Assembly (NCBI GenBank): GCA_964444785.1
Contig: CAYUII010000001.1
Coordinates: forward strand, 1,858-65,857
From: an uncultured Bacteroidales bacterium
GTDB lineage: Bacteria > Bacteroidota > Bacteroidia > Bacteroidales > TTA-H9
DNA length: 64,000 nucleotides
Reading direction: 5' to 3'
Below the pieces are notes generated by a model, which saw only the letters and a program-made list of their open reading frames with translations, ran no database searches and was not told the DNA's origin. Position 1 is the stretch's first letter. The number at the start of each line of letters is the position of its first letter. Shown piece after piece: positions 58,800 through 64,000 of this stretch. The translations under genes and the position numbers were made by a program.

Positions 58800-60131
58800 A
58801 TGGCTAAATTAAAAGAAAAACTTTACGATAAAATCCAAGAATGGCGCCCTCGTACGGCTCGCCTCCTCAACGAATATGGCAACACGGTTGTTGATCAAAT
58901 CACTATTGGTCAGATCATAGGAGGTATGCGTGGCATGAAAAGCTTGGTAACAGACATCTCTTACTTAGACCCAAATGAAGGCATTCGCTATCGTGGGTAT
59001 ACCCTTCCGGAAGTATTTGAAAAACTACCTAAGCCCAAAGGAGCAGAAATGCCTTATGTTGAAGGTCTTTTTTACCTCCTTCTTACCGGAGATGTTCCAT
59101 CAGAAAGCGAGATCAGCGATGTAGTTGATGAGTTCAGCAAACGCCGGATACTGCCAAGATATGTCTATGAGGTGATTGATTCTTTCCCCTGCTGTAGTCA
59201 TCCTATGGCTATGTTCTCTGCCGCTATTACTACCATGCAAAGAGAATCCTTTTTTGCGAAGAAATATGCTGCCGGAATATCAAAACAAGACTATTGGGAT
59301 CCAACCTATGAAGATGCACTCAATCTTCTTGCTAAACTTCCCGAGGTAGCCACCTATATCTACGCAAAAGTATATCGTGATGGCAAAAGAATTCAAAGCA
59401 ATCCTTTTCTTGATTACGGAGCCAATTTTGCCCACATGATGGGAAAGGATAAGCCCTATGATGACGTATCTAGAATGAATTTTATCATTCATGCTGACCA
59501 CGAGAGTGGTAACGTAAGTGCTCACACAGGTCACTTGGTAGCTAGCTCTTTAGCTGATGTCTATCTGAGTATTTCTGCCATGATCAACGGACTGGCTGGG
59601 CCTTTACATGGATTGGCTAATCAAGAAGTTTTAAGATGGATCCTTGAATTCATGGATAAGATGGGCGGTGCTGAACCAACTGATGATGAGGTACGCCAAT
59701 ATGTTTGGGATACATTACATCAAGGATTTGTGGTTCCTGGTTATGGCCATGCTGTTTTAAGAAAGACTGACCCTCGTTACATGATTCAACGTGAATTCAG
59801 CCTTAAACATCTTCCGGATGATGCCGTATTTAAAATTGTAGATAAGCTTTACAGAATTGTTCCTCCAATTCTACAAGAACAGGGCAAGGCTAAAAACCCT
59901 TGGCCTAATCTTGACGCTCAAACGGGTGTATTGCAATGGCATTATGGGGTCAGAGAATTTGACTTCTATACCGTTTTGTTCGGCATAGGTCGAAGCATAG
60001 GTATCGCAGCTAATATTATCTGGGATCGTGCCCTACTATATCCACTGGAGCGCCCTAAGTCTTTAACAACTGATCTTCTGGAACAAATTGCTTTCGGTAA
60101 AATAAAAAAGGAGGATATTCCTTCAGAATAG
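58800..60131 (+). CDS. gltA: Citrate synthase, eukaryotic-like type
   Basis: GGMRGMKSLVTDISYLDPNEGIRYRGYTLPE, GPLHGLANQEV and PGYGHAVLRKTDPRY. Confidence 0.95.
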   Translation: MAKLKEKLYDKIQEWRPRTARLLNEYGNTVVDQITIGQIIGGMRGMKSLVTDISYLDPNEGIRYRGYTLPEVFEKLPKPKGAEMPYVEGLFYLLLTGDVPSESEISDVVDEFSKRRILPRYVYEVIDSFPCCSHPMAMFSAAITTMQRESFFAKKYAAGISKQDYWDPTYEDALNLLAKLPEVATYIYAKVYRDGKRIQSNPFLDYGANFAHMMGKDKPYDDVSRMNFIIHADHESGNVSAHTGHLVASSLADVYLSISAMINGLAGPLHGLANQEVLRWILEFMDKMGGAEPTDDEVRQYVWDTLHQGFVVPGYGHAVLRKTDPRYMIQREFSLKHLPDDAVFKIVDKLYRIVPPILQEQGKAKNPWPNLDAQTGVLQWHYGVREFDFYTVLFGIGRSIGIAANIIWDRALLYPLERPKSLTTDLLEQIAFGKIKKEDIPSE

Positions 60132-60150
60132 TCTCTTTTTACTCTCTTGT

Positions 60151-60187
60151 AAGCCCTATCACTCTTGATGGGGCTTATTTTTTTGTT
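60151..60187 (+). terminator. Intrinsic terminator of gltA
   Basis: Stem aagccctatca/tgatggggctt (including one G-U pair) with loop ctct, followed by a T-run. Confidence 0.8.
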
Positions 60188-60268
60188 TGAAATATCAGCG
60201 GGTAATATTTCCTATTCACCTCTTTATACCGATTCGTAATCAATTATTAAACAAGTCCTTTCTCATTG

Positions 60269-60344
60269 CTCTCCCTATCCTCTCCATATCTTGTCCCATC
60301 TTGAATGGACAAATAGGGAGAAGATATGGAGAGGATAGGGAGAG
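60269..60344. repeat. Perfect 24-bp inverted repeat separated by 28 nt
   Basis: ctctccctatcctctccatatctt (60269-60292) and aagatatggagaggatagggagag (60321-60344). No adjacent U-tract on either strand. Confidence 0.92.
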
Positions 60345-60487
60345 GTAAAAAAACGATATTGATTTTTAACTAGTTGCAACAAGCGCTTTGATGTCCCATA
60401 ACCGACTGCTCATTGAATATTCACAAAAGAGGATCATGCGAATAAACGAGTGTCGAAGTCAAAGAATATCTACAGTGATTAAAACTA

Positions 60488-60520
60488 GCTAAAAGAGGAT
60501 ATCCATTTCTGGATATCCTC
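60488..60520 (-). terminator. Intrinsic terminator of sodB
   Basis: 12-bp stem agaggatatcca/tggatatcctct with loop tttc, followed on the minus strand by tttagctagtttt. Confidence 0.85.
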
Positions 60521-60582
60521 TTGACCAACGGCAAATCGAAAAACGATTACCCATCAACTTGATTAATCAACAAGCAAGAAGA

Positions 60583-61158
60583 CTAATATCGTTCTGAAAC
60601 CTTCTTCCAATCTACAAGCTTCCACCAATCTGAGACATAATCCGGACGGCGATTTTGTTTATCAAGATAATAAGCATGTTCCCATACATCGCATGTTAAC
60701 AATGGAGTAAGACCCTTTCTCATTGGATTACCCGCATTACTCTCTTGGACAATAGATAATTTACCCTGATCATCTTTGACTAACCAAGCCCAACCTGCGC
60801 CAAATAGAGTAGCTGCTGATTTTGAGAATTGATCCTTAAAAAGTTCGAATGAGCCAAAATCTCTGTTAATTGCTTCCAATAACTTAGGTTCAGGCAACTC
60901 TGTACCGTTTGGAGTTAAACAATTCCAATAAAAGGTATGATTCCAGACCTGAGCTCCATTATTAAAAATACCACCTTCTGACTTCATAATAATCTCCTCA
61001 AGTGAAGCCTCTTCAAAAGGAGATCCTGGTAAAAGGTTATTCAGATTTGTTACATAAGCTTGGTGATGCTTTCCATAATGGAAATCGAGTGTTTTTTCGG
61101 TAATATATGGCTCTAAAGCATTCTTTGCCCAAGGGAGCTCTGGTAATTGATGTGTCAT
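60583..61158 (-). CDS. sodB: Fe/Mn superoxide dismutase (Fe-type signature)
   Basis: Start MTHQLPELPW at 61158 (the ORF extends to 61197). HHQAYV, FNNGAQVWNHTFYW (Gln in the Fe-type position) and DVWEHAYYLD. Confidence 0.93.
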   Translation of the reverse strand: MTHQLPELPWAKNALEPYITEKTLDFHYGKHHQAYVTNLNNLLPGSPFEEASLEEIIMKSEGGIFNNGAQVWNHTFYWNCLTPNGTELPEPKLLEAINRDFGSFELFKDQFSKSAATLFGAGWAWLVKDDQGKLSIVQESNAGNPMRKGLTPLLTCDVWEHAYYLDKQNRRPDYVSDWWKLVDWKKVSERY

Positions 61159-61262
61159 TTTAATTTGATGTTTGATTAGTTTATTTAACAGTATCAAAAG
61201 GAAAATGTTTATTCTATAAAGGGTTTTATTAAGGACAAGAGGGATTCAATTTTGATTAAATT

Positions 61263-61297
61263 AAAACAGGGCTGTTTCAAATAGATGAAACAGCCCT
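61263..61297 (-). terminator. Intrinsic terminator of glnA
   Basis: 12-bp stem agggctgtttca/tgaaacagccct followed on the minus strand by gttttaattt. Confidence 0.85.
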
Positions 61298-61360
61298 ATT
61301 CTTATGAAATAATTGAAGAGCCTGCTCATTCAATCCAGAAACTAAACTATCACTTTCATT

Positions 61361-62863
61361 TTAACCGCAATGAAAGTAGCGATTAACTAAGTCTAAGATA
61401 GCATCCTGATTATTTGCGATCTCTTCTCTTAAGTGCTGATCGTTATAGCTCATGAGTTTATTAGCAAGCCCATCGATTAACGATTTAGGGAAAACACCGT
61501 ATTCTTTATAAATATCAGCCTGACGAAGTAGCTCTTGAGCACTATCATAACAAGAAACTGGGAGTTGAGCCAATGACTTTACCTTTTCTTTATGTTCATC
61601 GTGGAAGATGTTAACATCAACATAGTTCTTCTCGGCAAAAGCCAAGCCATCACTCATCTGAAGACCATGACGAGCGGCAACCGTTAGTCCTGCTAATAGC
61701 AAATAGATATCGGCTGAGCCATCGGGACAACGAAACTCTACTGTCTGCTTCTGGGAATGATCAAAAACGCCATCAGGTTCTAACGGATTCACCGATTTTG
61801 CCATGTTAGCTTTTCCGAGCCAACCCAAAGGAACTCTAACCAAAACAGACCGATTTCTATCACCCCAACAGATGTTGGTCGGTGCTTCCTGATGAGGAAC
61901 AAGCCTAAAATAAGAAGTGGGATTTTGATTTCCAAAGGCTGTTAAAGAAGGAGCCAAAGTCAAATAACCAGCAATAGCACGTTTTGCTACATCACTAAGT
62001 TTGCCATTTTCAACCATGACATTACGTCCATCCTTTATTAAGCGAGTATGAACATGAAGTCCGCTTCCAGCCTTCCCTACTGTAATCTTAGGCGCAAAAG
62101 TAATATTAACCCCATATTCACGAGCTAAGTTTCTCAAGATCCATTTGGCAATAAGTAATTGGTCGGCCGCATCTTCAAGCGTAGTAGGAGTAAATTCAAT
62201 TTCATTCTGCTCATACTCATAATCACCTAAAGTAAAATTACCAACCTCGCTGTGACCATATTTAATTAGCCCACCTGTTTGAGCAATGTAAAGCATAGCC
62301 TTCCGTCTAAAGTCACCCCATTTAACAAATGGAGCCGACTCATGGTACCCTCTTTGATCATCGGCATGAAAGAGCTCTTGCTTCTTGCTAATAACATAAT
62401 ACTCCAACTCACCCATAACTTCGAAACTATAACCAGTCTCATCTTTGAGCGCTTGGTGAGCTTTACGAAGAATATGTTCAGGAGCACTATCAAGGGGTTC
62501 CCCATCTTTATTATAAAAAGAACAGAGAATATCAATAGTTGGAACCTGAGCAAACGGATTAACAAAAGCTGTTTTATATCTTGGAATAACATAAAGATCG
62601 CTGGAGCCAGCTTCAATATGTTTAAAAAGACTTGATCCATCAACACGCTCTCCACAAGTCAGGATAGTATCAAGATGTTCTCGGCTACTAATTACAAAAT
62701 TCAAGGTCTTTAGACGGCCATCATGAGCGGCATATCTAAAATTGACCATTTCAATATTATTATCCTCGATATACTTTATAAGATCTGCCTTTGTAAATTG
62801 ATCGGCAGGTTTATTCAGATATTGAACCAGAGGATTCGGGTTCATGGATGTCGAATTACTCAT
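61361..62863 (-). CDS. glnA: Glutamine synthetase (about 500-aa type I-like form)
   Basis: GS beta-grasp N-domain (MVNFRYAAHDGRLKTLNF) and catalytic domain (GSGLHVHTRL, NPTSYFRLVPHQEAP, GDRNRSVLVRVP). Confidence 0.9.
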   Translation of the reverse strand: MSNSTSMNPNPLVQYLNKPADQFTKADLIKYIEDNNIEMVNFRYAAHDGRLKTLNFVISSREHLDTILTCGERVDGSSLFKHIEAGSSDLYVIPRYKTAFVNPFAQVPTIDILCSFYNKDGEPLDSAPEHILRKAHQALKDETGYSFEVMGELEYYVISKKQELFHADDQRGYHESAPFVKWGDFRRKAMLYIAQTGGLIKYGHSEVGNFTLGDYEYEQNEIEFTPTTLEDAADQLLIAKWILRNLAREYGVNITFAPKITVGKAGSGLHVHTRLIKDGRNVMVENGKLSDVAKRAIAGYLTLAPSLTAFGNQNPTSYFRLVPHQEAPTNICWGDRNRSVLVRVPLGWLGKANMAKSVNPLEPDGVFDHSQKQTVEFRCPDGSADIYLLLAGLTVAARHGLQMSDGLAFAEKNYVDVNIFHDEHKEKVKSLAQLPVSCYDSAQELLRQADIYKEYGVFPKSLIDGLANKLMSYNDQHLREEIANNQDAILDLVNRYFHCG

Positions 62864-62910
62864 ACCGGATTATTATTATGATTAAATAATTAAGATTTTA
62901 ATGGAATGAG

Positions 62911-62918
62911 CAAAGGTA
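62911..62918 (-). promoter_or_regulatory. Bacteroidota -7 promoter box for glnA
   Basis: TACCTTTG on the minus strand, 47 nt upstream of the ATG at 62863. Confidence 0.5.
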
Positions 62919-62982
62919 GGAAAATGGGGCTATTTATGGTAAAACGTAAAGATTTTCACCTTAATTAAGGTTAGTAAATGCT

Positions 62983-62990
62983 TACCTTTG
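62983..62990 (+). promoter_or_regulatory. Bacteroidota -7 promoter box
   Basis: TACCTTTG lies 21 nt upstream of the ATG at 63012. Confidence 0.5.
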
Positions 62991-63011
62991 TTCAATTCTA
63001 AATTAAAGAAG

Positions 63012-64000
63012 ATGCTTAGTTATATTTTGTACGAAGATGTTCTCTCTTTTCGGTTGAATCCTCTTGTTAGACTCATGCCGGTTTTCTCACTGAGAACGTG
63101 TGGATTAGAATTACACCAAGTATGGAATAAGCATTTAGATAATGATGCTATCGCTCTTTGTACGCGCAATCTTCTTTCTGAAAGAACGGAGGAGTTGTTT
63201 ACAGGTATTCCAGTTAATACTTTACCTTCTGACGAATTCATCGCCATAAATGCACGCCTCTTACCTGATTATATGAGCCGAGCAGCCATTGAATCTCTTC
63301 AAGTTGGGCAGGTAATCGTATGTCAAGATGTACCAATGGCAGCTCGACTTAGTGTTGACCAGTCTGATGCCCTGATTAACACCTCGGAAGGTTGGTTTAT
63401 TGATACTGATAACCTTAATATTCTCCGAAATAATGAACTCCAGGTCATTCGATTTGCCTGGGATCTACCTGGATACGTAGATTCTATGTTAACCATTGAG
63501 AGAGATCACTTAGACTTTGTCCCATTAACTAATAAGCTATTGGGCGTTCATTTTATCAACCCGGAAAACATCTACATCCACCCAAATGCGATCGTGATGC
63601 CTGGCTGTGTCCTTAATGCAACCGATGGACCTATCATTATCCATAACAAGGCTAAAGTTATGGCAAACTGCTATCTTGAAGGGCCACTCTCAGTCGGTGA
63701 AGGAAGTACAATAAAAGCGGGCGCAAGGATTTATGAAGGATCTGTAATTGGCCCCATTTGTAAAGTTGGTGGCGAAGTAGAAAACTCGATTTTCCATAGC
63801 TTTAGTAACAAACAACATGAAGGCTTTCTAGGGCACTCGGTGGTTGGTAAATGGGTTAATTTAGGAGCAGACACTAACAACTCTGATTTAAAGAATAATT
63901 ATGGCCATGTAAAATCATGGTCAGATGGACATCAGGTTGATACCGAAAAAATGTTTGTTGGATTAACCATTGGAGATCACTCAAAATCCGGAATCAATAC
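63012..64000 (+). CDS. Putative sugar nucleotidyltransferase with left-handed beta-helix (hexapeptide-repeat) C-terminal half; 3' end outside the window
   Basis: Not in the ORF track because it runs off the window. My translation from the ATG at 63012 is open to nt 64000: MLSYILYEDVLSFRLNPLVRLMPVFSLRTCGLELHQVWNKHL...GEGSTIKAGARIYEGSVIGPICKVGGEVENSIFHSFSNKQHEGFLGHSVVGKWVNLGADTNNSDLKNNYG... Confidence 0.8.
   Translation, partial: MLSYILYEDVLSFRLNPLVRLMPVFSLRTCGLELHQVWNKHLDNDAIALCTRNLLSERTEELFTGIPVNTLPSDEFIAINARLLPDYMSRAAIESLQVGQVIVCQDVPMAARLSVDQSDALINTSEGWFIDTDNLNILRNNELQVIRFAWDLPGYVDSMLTIERDHLDFVPLTNKLLGVHFINPENIYIHPNAIVMPGCVLNATDGPIIIHNKAKVMANCYLEGPLSVGEGSTIKAGARIYEGSVIGPICKVGGEVENSIFHSFSNKQHEGFLGHSVVGKWVNLGADTNNSDLKNNYGHVKSWSDGHQVDTEKMFVGLTIGDHSKSGIN

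Noticed and set aside
63020-63247. 75-aa minus-strand ORF
   Set aside because: It is the antisense shadow of the unlisted plus-strand nucleotidyltransferase-like CDS starting at 63012.
1-64000. CRISPR arrays, prophage or integrative elements, transposases, toxin-antitoxin or known defence systems, tRNA/rRNA genes
   Set aside because: I found no regularly spaced direct repeats, no integrase, transposase or RT-like ORFs, no tRNA-like T-arm outside coding sequence, and no nuclease/ATPase defence-type pairs. The window reads as core chromosome.

Overview
This is a chromosomal window from an AT-rich Bacteroidota-type genome. The assignment rests on several T9SS C-terminal sorting domains, recurrent TAnnTTTG -7 promoter boxes just upstream of start codons, and a TonB-dependent receptor with a CarboxypepD_reg N-terminus. 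Gene content is mostly core housekeeping: tag-nadD, purF, HIT, greA, ahcY, mfd, a polyprenyl synthase, fumC, icd-gltA, sodB and glnA. These are interleaved with envelope and secreted-protein genes: an ECF sigma/anti-sigma operon, four T9SS-type cargo proteins, an M23/LysM peptidase, a C69 dipeptidase, a 1994-aa alpha-2-macroglobulin, a PspC/LiaF-like pair and an OmpR-type two-component system. I found no rRNA, tRNA, CRISPR array, transposase, integrase or recognisable defence gene. Two ORFs reach the window edges. The first CDS is open back to nt 2. A hexapeptide-repeat nucleotidyltransferase-like CDS at 63012..>64000 is missing from the ORF track. The items most worth a second look are: (1) a tightly packed minus-strand operon at 22.6-31.7 kb encoding a TonB-dependent barrel, a 1424-aa CTD-bearing giant protein and a PorV/PorQ-like barrel, with no SusD partner and no function assignable from sequence; (2) a roughly 0.95-kb ORF-poor, strongly structured gap at 2.5-3.5 kb bounded by terminators; (3) an orphan plus-strand terminator and possible structured leader upstream of tag-nadD; (4) a family of purine/pyrimidine-rich intergenic motifs, including a perfect 24-bp inverted repeat at 60.3 kb and an inverted pair with a tandem 11-mer over the response-regulator promoter at 46.3-46.5 kb; (5) a TPR protein with two tandem CbbX/SpoVK-type AAA+ modules at the left edge. 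All functional calls come from motif recognition by eye. No database search was run.
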